From contig NC_057719.1 of assembly GCF_004010195.1 (NCBI RefSeq), forward strand, positions 91,634,512 to 91,698,511: DNA of 64,000 nt. The letters run 5' to 3'. Below the pieces are notes generated by a model, which was given only the letters and a program-made list of their open reading frames with translations, did not search any database and had not been told where the DNA came from. Source of the stretch: Chiloscyllium plagiosum (taxonomy: Eukaryota). Positions 53,017 through 64,000 of this stretch are shown here, in pieces. Every line of letters starts with the position of its first letter. Positions within the stretch are counted from its first letter, which is position 1. Both the position numbers and the translations under genes were made by a program.

Positions 53017-54110
53017 TCATACCTGCCTGTATCTTATCACAGCTCCTCCTGCTCCTCGGATGCTGCCTGAACTGCTGTGCTTTTCCAGCACCACTCTAAT
53101 CCAGAATCTGGTTTCCAGCATCTGCAGTCATTGTTTTTACCTCGTTGATTTTAACCCTACTGTGAATCCTCTTGCAAGAATGCCTGCCTTGAAGAAGTTT
53201 TCCTCCTTTCTCTACAAGAATCTCAGTGAGTCTCTCTCTTACTGTAACCCCAGGTCATCTCCTCTGCCCTGAAGCTCTTCAACCATGTCCTGAAACAGAC
53301 TTGCTACCACAGCCACATTTGTTTTCTCACCCAAAATGTCGATTTTCCTGCTCCTCGGATGCTGCCTGACCTGCTGTGCTTTTCCAGCACCACTCAAATC
53401 TAGACTCTGGTTTCCAGCATCTGCAGTCATTGTTTTTACCTTTTATCTTATCACAGCTGTCCTTTATTAATGGGCCTGTTAGTGGTCTCCTTTACACTGG
53501 GGAAATAAAGCATAAGTTGGGTGACCGCTTCACAGAACACCTACGTTCTGTTTCCAAAGAAGACCGAGTTTCCAGCTGCGTACCACTACAACACACTAGC
53601 GTGCTCCCTGGCCAACATCTCTGTCTGAGCCTTGCTGCAATGCCCCAGTGAAACACAGTGAAGTTGGAAGGGCAGCACCTCATTTTCTGCTCGAGAATTC
53701 TACAGCCGTCTGGCCTCAACATTGAATTCAACAATTTTTGAGCTTGAGCTCTCTGACGTCCTTACCCCACTCCTCACATATCAGGCCTTGTTATCACATG
53801 GTCTGCTACTACACACGACACATTGTTAGCTATTAACAGTCCCATTAACAGCTATTCACCCTCCTCGCCTGATTATTATCCACTTGGTCTGGCCAACTAC
53901 TCTTCTCTCTCTTGCATCCATCGTAGAAATGTATTAAATGACATTTAAAAGTCCTCCACTTTCTCAGGAAGTTCATCTATCTCCACCAATCTTTCACTCC
54001 TCACGAGATCCTCCTCCTCCTCATCCCACTCAACACTCCCTCACCCCTGCCCCACATTCCCTTTCCCTATCTTCTGCATAAAAACTGACATTTTCCAGCA
54101 ATTTCTGTTT
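53017..54110 (+). mobile_element. Older Neptune-type PLE GIY-YIG/3' fragment
   Basis: GLLYTGEIKHKLGDRFTEHLRSV ... ctcaacattgaattcaacaattt. Confidence 0.75.
53045..53443 (+). mobile_element. PLE family A insertion: two direct terminal repeats flanking a probable ORF N-terminus
   Basis: Repeats at about 53045-53141 and 53345-53441. Perfect 15-bp TSD tatcttatcacagct at 53030-53044 and 53444-53458. Confidence 0.85.
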
Positions 54111-55260
54111 ATCTCTCTACCTTCAATCTTCTTTGTCACTTCTTTAAAAAACTTAATCACATTAGTGAGACACGCACAAAGTCACGTTGACTATCCCTAA
54201 TCAGTCCATGCCTTTCCAAATACATGTAAAATGTCGGGTAGCAGAAGAAACTCATAACTTTCCAAAGAAAATAATCTATCAAACTACACAGAGGTGGTTC
54301 GTGCGTGTGGAATGAACTTCCTGAGAAAGTGGAGGACTTTTAAATGACATTGAATAGATTTAATACATTTCTAGGATAGATGCATGAATAGGAAAGGTTT
54401 GAAAGGGTATGGGCCAGGAGCAGGCCGACGGAACTAGTTTGGAATCAAGTTCGGTACGGACTAGTTGAACCACAGTGTTGTATGCCTACAATAAAAATTG
54501 TAACTAATTGAGCTCAAGCTTTCCACTATGTTGATAGAAACAATTATGGAAGATGTGGAGAAGAGTGAAGAGCTGGAAAAGGAATCAATACAGGTCTTGA
54601 TCTTCAACTACCGTCTCCTACAAACAGTTGTCATAAAAAAAATCTGGCAGATAAGAGGATAAACCTTTATTGTCTTACTTTAAGCGGGTAGTGTACTGGT
54701 TCTAATTTGGTTATAAATAATAAATGCTATGACTAATATAAACTCTACACCTCCCATCCCGCTGAAGTCATAATAAGCACTGCAGCCGAAGATGCTATAT
54801 GCTGCATACTTAATGGAAAATTGGTCACAGAGACAAGCAGCCAAAGGAAGAGGAGCTATGTCACTGACAGAATCATGTCACAAGCACAGTGCAAAATTCT
54901 CATGTCACCATCCCAATATCCAACCGAGAGTAATAAATGGCTCGTCACTGTGGAAAAGTCAGAATATTACATTTTTTTAAATTAGAGTACTTTCTATCTG
55001 TAACCATCCCTATGGAGGTATAGGCATATTATATTGTGATTGTACACATATGAATGAAGTAGTTTCAAAAATGAAAGTTGCAAATACAAGTTCAAGCTAA
55101 AGCAATGAGTTTCCATAGCAATAAATATGACTTTTGTCATTTCAATGCAATTGACTGGCAGGAGGAAGGCGAAATTAAGAAAATATTGATCCTTCTGGTC
55201 GCCATCACCAGACTAGCCACAATCAATAAAAGTTCAAATGGTGCTGGAAAAGCATCTTAC

Positions 55261-55368
55261 CGCAGAGTCCTCTGATGCACCATGTTCATGCATTTTACAA
55301 GCAGGTCCAGTCTTCCAGGCTTCAACATCTCCACAGTCACAAAACCCCCCTCCATAAGAAGAATTCAT
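55261..55368 (-). CDS. UBR1: UBR1 exon 4 (108 nt): [36 protein letters not shown]
   Basis: UBR-box motif [17 protein letters not shown]. Acceptor attaaag|, donor |gtaaga. Confidence 0.95.
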
Positions 55369-56683
55369 CTTTAATATACAAAGTGATGTAGAAGCATCAG
55401 TTTTAAAACAATTAGAAAAATGGCACAATCTTTACTGGTACTCAAACATAATACAACATAGAGAAAGATACCAATGAAATACTTAATTAATATCAGGTTC
55501 TAAACAAGATATATAAACCAGGTTTCCTAATAAACACAATTACTGGTTTATTATTAAAACAAAACTTATTCAATAAAGACCTAATAATTGGTTTAACGTA
55601 CATTGTGTCTGCAATATTATCTCTACCTCATCAAAATTTTCTCACAAATATACACTTCAGGAAAAGAGGAGAAAAATTACCTACGAAGATTGACTTTCTT
55701 GGGAATACAAAATTTGGCCAACAGATTATCCTTTCAAGCAAAAGAATAAACGTATGATGCTCTATTGCTCTCATATTCTGGTATGTGTGGTTATGTCACT
55801 AATCACACATGGTTTCTCTGAAGTCTTTCGGACACAGCTTGCTTGGAAACTCCAAACTTGAGATGATCCTTCCGTCACTTTTTTTTCAAATGATCAAATA
55901 GGATTCATTTTGAACTCAACAAGAGGGTTTTCTTTACGGAAATATTAGCTGGGCTGCATCATTTTAGCAAGCTTTCCTCCAATTATGTTCGTTCTTAGCA
56001 GGCCTTCCTCCAACTGATAAAACAAGAGCCTCTCTTCATCAGACACAGTTCAAAAGTCTTGGCAAGAGTCTCTTTCGAGAAAAAAATCTCTATTGTCCAC
56101 AGCGATCTTTCAAAGAAACCACCTCAGGTATGTCTAAAAAACTTGAAATGAGTCAATTTTCCATAATCATTAAAAACTTAAGTCCTTGAAATCATCTTAA
56201 ATGCATAACAACTTCATAAGTACTGTTATGTGCAAGATCAGTCAGGCTGGTTCCCTGGCTACTTCTCCAGCAGGTGACAAGAACAGAGGGTGCAAAACCA
56301 AATTGGAAAGAGCTCATTAGTCCCAGAATTTTCCACGTCCCAAACACATGACCTCAACCAATTTTGAAAATGAGGGGAACAGATGTGCAACAATACCATC
56401 ACCTCCAAGTCACATACCATCCTTAGTCATTGTTGGTATCATACACTGTAATGCTTTATGTAATAGAACTGTTGGAGCACCTTAACACACATGCAGCAGT
56501 TCAAGGGCAACTATGGCATGACATTAAAGGCCAGTCTTGCCATCATTGCGCACATTTTAAGAATACAGTGTTAAAAAACGCTTACAAATGAAATCTCTTA
56601 CAATTCACTACAAGCGAGTTACTAATATAAGCTTTCAGACATAGGCAGCACAAACAAAATGAACCAGGAAGAACATACTATAC

Positions 56684-56762
56684 CTTGTACCGATGATTTT
56701 TGTGAACACTATTCTGGAAACAGTCCACGCATAGCACACAAGTGGGATCTATCGCACAGTCT
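56684..56762 (-). CDS. UBR1: UBR1 exon 3 (79 nt): (R)[26 protein letters not shown]
   Basis: Near-identical to recalled human UBR1 [26 protein letters not shown]. tttgtttcag| ... AAG|gtatag. Confidence 0.96.
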
Positions 56763-57239
56763 CTGAAACAAAGATGTTACAGTATAAGCTCCATGTTAAA
56801 ATCTGATCATATTTGTGATCCACTTTACCCAGTCATTGAATCTTCCAGCACTGGTCATTTGACCCATTATTTAGATAACTTTCATCAAGTTAACTGATTA
56901 GTTTAACCCCCTTATTATTTTGTTTAGATCACTCCTCTTCATCTCTATGTCCATGTTCTTTTTAAAAAGCAATTGAATAAATATTTGATTCAGACAGTAT
57001 ATAGCACATCTTTACAGATTGCATAAAAATATGTCATTCTGATTTTTTAAAAAATCAACCCACTCAGGAATTTTATTGCACATAGCAGAGAGGATTTGAA
57101 TCTGGGCCTCCTGACTCAGAGGTAGGGACACTACCACTGTGCCACAAAAGCCCTTGTATATACGAGTAACAAGTAATCAGTGGTATTGGAATTTGTTGGC
57201 TGAGCATTAAATCAAAACTCTGGTTAGAAAAGTGTATGA

Positions 57240-58060
57240 CAGGACTGCGTCCAATCTCGGAAGAATGGGCCATGCAGTCCCTCAAGCCTGTTCCGCCATC
57301 CATGGCCCAACACATATACATGCCTTTCGGCCATATTCCACAATACTGCTGTTTAACAAAAATGTATCTAATACAGATTTAAAGTTAACAACTGATCTCG
57401 TATCCACTACGGTTTGTGGAAGACAATTCTAAACCTCTACACAGTGTGTGTGTAGAAGTGCTTCCCAACATCGCTCCCGAAAGGTCTGGCCCTAATTCTC
57501 AGACTATGTTCCCAGTTCTAGAGTCCTCAACCAGCAGAAAGAGTTTATCTTTATCTACCCTGTATTCTCCTGTTAGCATCTTGAAGAGTTAGATCAGATC
57601 ACCCTTTAATCTTCTAAATTCTGGAGAAAACAGGCCTGATTTGCGTACTCTCCTTATAACTGAAGACCTGAAATCCAGATATCATTCTTATAAACCTATG
57701 CTATACTCCCTGTAAGGCCAGAACATCCTTCCAAGCCGTGATACTCAGATCTGCTCACAGTACTCCAAATGAGTTCCAACCAGGGTGTTATATAATGGCA
57801 GCCCAATTTCTGCATCCTTTTACTCCAGTTCTCTAGATATAAAGGTCAGCCGTTAACTTTCAAGATTATTTTCTGCACTCATTCATTTCCTTTTAAAGAT
57901 CTATGTCCATGAACCTCCAAATTTCTTTGGACCTTCAACTGTATTTAACTTCATGGCATCTAGAAAGTACCATGCTCTCTCCTTTCTTGGTCCAAAACAG
58001 TTAAACTCACAATTGCTTACAGTGAACTCCATCTGCCACAGTTGTGCCCAATCACGTAGT
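57240..58060 (-). mobile_element. CR1 3' fragment
   Basis: Reverse complement of tggcagatggagttca and a CR1-like tail (ccctcaagcctgttccgccat). Confidence 0.75.
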
Positions 58061-58484
58061 CTAACTTCTGGTACTTAATAATTTCCCTAGTTTATTTTTG
58101 CAAATGATCTTAAATCTGTGTCCTCTGATTATCAACATTCCTGCCAGTGGAAATATTTTTTTCCCTATCTGGTCTATTAAAACCCCACATAATTTTGAGA
58201 ACCTTCTTTGCACCTTCCCTTTATCTTCCTTGTTCTAAGGAAAACAATCCTTACTTCACTTTTCAGTCTCTCCACATAAGTGAAGTCCCTCATCTTTGGT
58301 ACCATTCTAGAAATTCCCTCTGTGCCTTCTCAAGCATTATAATTTAATATTCCTCCCAATTGCTGCTCTGGTGCCAACCTACTCAAATATTTGAAATATG
58401 CAATATGGCCATGTTTATTTTTCAGATATGTAGTGCAGGCCATAGTATAAAGCGTGAAGAATCTTGTTTTGGTACCTGCTGATG

Positions 58485-59030
58485 CATCACACATAGACAG
58501 GGCCGTTAAAAAGGCAATTGGTACACTTGCCTTCATTGTTCAGTCCTTTGAGTGTAAGAGTTAGGAAGCCGTGTTGTGGCTGTACAGGACATTGGTGAAG
58601 CCTCTTCTGGAATAATGTGTCCAGTTCTGGTCACCCAGTTATAGGAAGGATATTATTAAGCTGGGCTGAAAATGTGTTGCTGGAAAAGCGCAGCAGGTCA
58701 GGCAGCATCCAGGGAACAGGAGAATCGACGTTTCGGGCATAAGCCCTTCTTCAGGAAGCATTAAGCTGGAGAGGGTTCAGAAGAGATTTACTAGGATATT
58801 GCCAGGAATGGAAGATTTGAGTTATTAAAAAAAAGCTGGATAGGCTGAGACTTTTTCCACTGCAGCATAGGAGGTTGAGAGGTCATAGAAGTTTACAAAA
58901 TAAGGACAGGTATAGAGTTAACGGTAGTTGTCTTTTCCCGAGGATGGGGGATTTCAAGTTTGGGATTATGCTCGGCATGAACTGGTTGGACCAAAGGGTC
59001 GGTTTCCATGCTGTATGACTTTATGACTGT
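58485..59030 (+). mobile_element. CR1 3' fragment
   Basis: CVQFWSPSYRKDIIKL|ERVQKRFTR and a (ctttatga) tail. Confidence 0.85.
58665..58759 (-). mobile_element. 95-bp family A insertion, essentially a hammerhead (58722-58757) plus a short 3' arm
   Basis: uuc-CUGAAGA-a-GGGC uuau GCCC-GAAA-CG-UC-gau. Perfect 10-bp TSD attaagctgg at 58655-58664 and 58760-58769. Confidence 0.88.
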
Positions 59031-59431
59031 CTAACTGCTAGTGGCTCCGAGCTCTATTACTGCTACCTGAATATCAAATTGCAAACTAAACCTACTGACA
59101 AGACTAAGCAATATTGTTAACTTGGCTTAATTTATCACATGTTCAAACAAGATGGTGTCCTTCTGGGATGTGATGGGGAAATAATCCCTGAACTAGTTAC
59201 CTCTTGCTCTTCCAAGTCCCACACTTGCTGAGAGCCTGCCATTTTTTAGCTCACCATTCACATAATGGAGATGCAGCTTAGATCTGTTCACCAAACAAAT
59301 CTGTTATCGTTAAGCACTCTGAATTAACTAAATGTTTAGTTGCCACAGTGCTAATGGCACACATCTTACTTTGTTGAAGTCCCAGTCCTGGCTGCATTGT
59401 TGTGGAGTGATGCTGAATATAAACTTGGAGT

Positions 59432-59665
59432 TAGAAAGAGCGAGACAGAGAGAAGCGAAGCATGAGAGAGGCAGAGAGAGAGAGAGAGAGAGAGCGAGAG
59501 TGTGCGCGCACGAGAGAAACCGAGAGCGAGAGAAACCGAGAACGAAACCGAGAGAAGCAAAGAGAGAGAGCGACAGAGAGACAAAGAGCGAGAGAGTGAC
59601 CGAGACAGCGAGATCGAGAACGACTGAGAGAGACCGAAAGCGACCGAGACAGAGAGAGAGAGAGA

Positions 59666-59705
<40 letters not shown>
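59432..59705. repeat. Degenerate (GA)n/CGAGA tract followed by an (AC)n microsatellite (59667-59705)
   Basis: Read directly from the sequence. Confidence 0.95.
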
Positions 59706-59707
<2 letters not shown>

Positions 59708-60824
59708 GCGCAAAAGAATGTGCATGTATATATCACCATCATGATCACAGCACAGAGTAATTTACAATCAAATATGTAATTTTGAAGTGGGGTCACAAAT
59801 AACTGCAGCACTCCTTCAAGGCAACAGGTCTAATAATGAATGTATGGAAGACGAGCTTTTTATTTTGTGCACATATTCTAAGAAAGGCAGAGGTCAAGTT
59901 GGCTGTCTGCGAGGATCAATTAACAGTACACTGAATAAAAGGAAAAAGGGAGGGAAAAACTGTCATTTCAATTTATATAACTGGCAGCACTGCAGAATTA
60001 AAGCATAAACTGAAGCTCCAGCTACCTCAAAGATAAATATAACAAATCCTATGGTACCACATCACATACGTTCTTCCAAGAGTTGTGGGCAGTATTTGTT
60101 CCTATTGTGTGAAGACACAAATGGCAACTGAGGGACTTAAATTCAGTCAGCTAAATGAAGCTGGACTAAAAACAAAATAAAAAGCTAGAATCAGTAATGG
60201 TGACAAACCTGTCAGAATGACAGAAAAAACCCATCATGTTTCCCAATGTCTTGGTCTGAATACAACTTCAGATCGATAGCAATGTTTTGACTCTAATTTC
60301 TGACATGGCCTAGTGTAGCCTCCATTCAGTGATTAAGTTGTTAAAAACTTATTCTATGACATTTGTGGGTATTGTTTGGATATTGTTCTGCACAAAATGG
60401 CTGCAAAACATTGCTGGACATGTTGCGATTGTAAACAATGGTATGCAAGTGCAAAATTGTCTGTACGGCACTGCAACGTCAGCCAGGATTTTGCATTCAT
60501 GACTTCAGAATGGGAAGTCAGCCTGTGGCTTTTCTGCCTTGAAATCAAGGGCGCAATACCACTTCAAATTAACAGCAGCCAGATTTGATAATGCAGCAAA
60601 TCAGCTGTGTGGATGCTTTCTTTACACAATGCACAGGGATGGCAACATGTGTACATTTGAGAAACAATAGCTTTTCTTGAATTATTGAATGACCTTGATG
60701 GCACTCAGAAGAGACATGTTCTTCTTGAAATATGTTGCAGCATGCTATGAAATGCATGAAGACTTCAGATAATAGAGAAACACTCCAAACCAACCACAAC
60801 TTTTGCAGAAGTTCTTAATTATCT

Positions 60825-61140
60825 GTATTATTCTCAAAGGTGTCACCTTTCTGATGAGACATTAAACTGAAGCCCATTTGCCCTCTCAGGTGAGCAAAAA
60901 CCATCACATGGCAATATTTGAAAAATGGGAGTTCTCCCCAGTTTCTTAGCCAATATTTAACCAATCAACATGAATAAAAGCAGACTTATTTGGTTATTAT
61001 CACATTGTTGTTTGTGGGAGCTTGATGTGCAAATTCACTGCAACAGTCTTACAAAGGAAAAGCCTTAAAAAGGACTTCACTAGATAGAAAGTGCTTTGTG
61101 ACAGTGGCAGGTGCTTCATAAAAGTAGGTTCATACTTGTC
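60825..61140 (+). mobile_element. DeuSINE (SacSINE1-like) central and 3' part
   Basis: ctttctgatgagacattaaac...gccctctcaggtg...ttctccccag...gccaatattta...attatcacattg.tgtttgtgggagcttg. Confidence 0.75.
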
Positions 61141-61304
61141 CTTATTTTTTATGATAACAGTATTTCAACTATCTTTGAATTCTGCAGGAAACAAGCAAAT
61201 GATGTCTGAATACAGTCGGTCGCCAGAGAGTTAAAGCCATTTACAAAGCAGAAAGAGAAGTGATGAGGAGATAAAAGCTGTGCTCAATTTACAAGTCCTC
61301 TCAC

Positions 61305-61561
61305 CGGCAAGAATATGTAGCCTCTCCCCCTTTGAAAACTCGGCCACAGAGCTGTGAAGAACTGTTGCTTTGTTCCAGCTTTGCAAATCCATCCGCTGGG
61401 GTTTCTCCGAACAGATACCACTCCAAGGTTTGCAGTAATTTTTGATAAGCCCGATTCTCCTCAGCTGGCTTGGCTTCTGATCCTGAGCAAAGCACTGGAG
61501 GCACATACTCCTTCAGATGTTGATATATCCCTGAACACAAATCCACTCCTTCCTGCCAACT
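61305..61561 (-). CDS. UBR1: UBR1 coding exon 2 (257 nt): SWQEGVDLCSGIYQHLKEYVP...LEWYLFGE...QLCGRVFKGGEATYSC(R)
   Basis: Start of the UBR box (LCGRVFK.GE.TYSCR). Acceptor ttcttcacacag|, donor CG|gtgaga. Phase 2 matches the next exon. Confidence 0.95.
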
Positions 61562-61929
61562 CTGTGTGAAGAAATATAAACGTCAGCTGCAACCAAAACT
61601 TGCCAATTTTACATAAGTTATTATTTTACATTTCCACACTAAACAGATCACTCCAGACCACATGCACCTAACACACTTTCTAAATGATATGGAAGCACAG
61701 CTGTGGAACAGTCCAGAATGTACTGTACAGGGGACAAATAGCCTCACACAAGACATAATCGCTATAAAAATGCACGCATGCACAGAACATAAAATGGGAA
61801 TACATCAGATATGGAGAGAAGGATGCAGTTAACACCTCAGGTCAATGACATTCAAACACATATGAAAAGGTAAAAACTTAATGTTTAAAAGGTGTGTAAC
61901 ACCCCATGCTTGGAATGTGAAATAATATG

Positions 61930-63165
61930 CTATCGTCAGGTTTGGGTACGGCACTAAAATAGAAGGGAAGGCAAGTTGTAAGGATGACACAAGAAGTCTA
62001 CAAAGGGATATAGACAGGTTAAATGGGCAAACACTAGGCAGATGGAATATCATGAGGGAAAATGTACTTTCACTGAAAGAATAGAACAGATGAATTATTA
62101 TTTGAATGAAGAAAACTGTATCTCAGAGGGATTTGGGAGGCTTTGTGCATGAATCACAAAATGTTAGCATCTAAGTTCAATGGGCAATAGGGAAGGGAAC
62201 TGAAATGTTGGCCTTTACTTCAAAAGAAATGGAGTGTAAAAATAATGAGGTATTACTAAAATTATACAAGGTACAGGTCAGATCACAGTTGGAATATCTG
62301 AATAGTTTTGGTCCCCCAAGCTAAGGAAAGATATAATAATATTGGAGGCAGTCCAGAGAAGGTTCCACTGGCTCGAGCATGGCTATGGAGGGATATTCTT
62401 ATGAGAAGATATTGAGAAGGTTGAACTTGTACCCATTTAGGAGAATGAGGGGAGACCTATTGAAACAGGAGACTCTTATCAATCTTGACAGCGTAGATGA
62501 GGCAAGGTTGTTTCCTCTTGAGGGAGTGTGTAGAACCAGGTGGCATAATCTCAGAGTAAGGAGCCACCTATTTAAGACAGAGCGATGAGGAGGAATTCTT
62601 TTTTCTCTCAGAGAAACCCTGTAGAATTCATTACTGCAGAGGGGCTGATCAAGCTGGGTGACTAAGTGCAGTCAAGGCTAAGATAGGTAGATTTCAATTA
62701 GGCTGAGGGGTGACCTTATAGAAGTCTATAAAATCAATAGATTGGCTATTCACCCTATGTCTTTTTTCTCAGGGTGGGGGGGGGAGCTAAAACTAGAAGG
62801 CATAGATTTAAGGCAAGAGGGGAAAGATTTCAAAGGTATCTGAGGGGCATATTTTTATGCAGAGGGCCGCAGGTGTAAGGAATGAGCTGCCAGAGGAAAT
62901 GGAGGAGGCTGGTACAAATACAACAATTAAAATGCATCTGGATGGATACATGAATAGGAAGGGTTGAGAGGAATATACAAGTTGGACTTAAGGGTCTATT
63001 TCCATGCTGTACAGCTCTATGACTCGATGACAGTAAGGGAATCAAGGATTTATGAGGATAAGGCAAGAAAGTGGAGTGAAGGATAATCAGATCAAACATG
63101 ATCTCATTAAATGGTCGAGCAGTCTCAAGGGGCTCAGTGACCTACTACTGCTCCTACATCTAATA
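61930..63165 (+). mobile_element. CR1 3' fragment with a second CR1 3' end nested at about 62700-63028
   Basis: LQRDIDRL, SYEK.L.RLNLY..RRMRGDL. The inner copy ends ctctatgactcgatga and the host then resumes. Confidence 0.8.
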
Positions 63166-64000
63166 GTTTGAAGATGAGAAAGAAAATTGAAGTGGTGTGA
63201 AAACTTGACTTCAACAGCTCTAAGTATAACCTGCACTATATAATTTAAATGTAAGCAAGTATTATTTCCCCAGCATTCCCCCGGGCAATGGGTTTGACTA
63301 GAAATCATAAAATTGGGTTTCCTGCAGAACTGTTGACTGTTGCTTAGCAGAAGTTTCAGAACAAACTAAAATGGCTCAGACTATTGTTCATTTAAGCATT
63401 CATGGTGCGTAACCATTTCAAAAACTTTATGCTAAACCTTGTTTTTTTTTTGCGTTGTGATTGGAGGTTCATGATACCTGAAAGACCAGTAAATCATAAC
63501 CAGAAAAGAATGCCCCCAAGTAACAGATTGAGGAGATGAAAATGCCTGCTGTTTTGATTGCTGGAAGGATCATCCAGAGAGCAAAGGTCAAAAAGACATA
63601 AATCAAGGACAGGGTGTGATTATCTGTGCAAATTATCTCAACAATATCTGTATAAGACTTGGTCAAACATGAACATTTTTTGACCTCTGAAGTTAATTTA
63701 CTGTGATACAGTACCAGCAATGGGAATTTCATGCATGCATGTCGACAGATGTAAATGCCCTACTTTGACATGAATTGTACCTGTGACGACCAGCTGCTAT
63801 AAATACAGAATTCATTACTACTACTTCTTATATTTGGATGTTGCTGGCAAGATTGGCAGTCGCACCCACCTCTAATTGCCCTGAGGAATTCCAAAGTCAC
63901 AGCAGCAGTTTGATACAGCTGAGTACCTTGCCACATCAGCACCTCAGGGGAGTCCCATTGATATGATTGAGGTTTGTAGGGTTGTTAAGTGAAAGGTATC

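Noticed and set aside
57085..57150. tRNA gene (also 8364 and 20440-20495)
   Set aside because: Only A/B-box-like SINE heads. No complete cloverleaf.
10245..58759. Recurrent gcagcaggtcaggcagcatcc repeat as a CRISPR-like array
   Set aside because: Dispersed, in both orientations, with individual TSDs and no spacer periodicity. It is the PLE terminal repeat in a eukaryotic intron.
59328..59811. ORFs with ER/TH/CV/SL repeats
   Set aside because: Translations of the GA/CA microsatellite.
61562..64000. UBR1 first exon or promoter
   Set aside because: No CpG island and no credible ATG exon with a phase-0 donor was found. Probably beyond the window.

Overview
Vertebrate genomic DNA, most likely a cartilaginous fish (shark), inferred from the HE1/V-SINE, DeuSINE and CR1/HER1-like repeat complement. 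The window lies inside one minus-strand gene, the N-degron E3 ligase UBR1. Sixteen internal coding exons (numbered 2-17 by my recollection of human UBR1) splice in frame to 1947 nt / 649 aa with no stop. They cover the UBR box, the ClpS-like N-domain and part of the helical scaffold. The first exon was not found and the 3' exons lie outside the window. Intron 8 has a non-canonical GC donor. The introns are packed with CR1, Rex1/Babar, L1, L2, SINE, Tc1/mariner-type and Penelope-like (PLE) remnants, and there is one 537-nt assembly gap. The most striking pattern is a set of minimal hammerhead-ribozyme motifs (CUGANGA-stem II-GAAA-NN-UH). They occur in at least four PLE families with fully covarying stems. 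Many sit in short (95-400 bp) insertions, often inverted-repeat, each with an 8-20 bp target-site duplication (TSD). Also notable are an L1 with a twin-priming-type 5' inversion and a multi-layer transposon nest in intron 14. Repeat family names come from recalled motifs, not database searches, and repeat boundaries are approximate unless a TSD is given.
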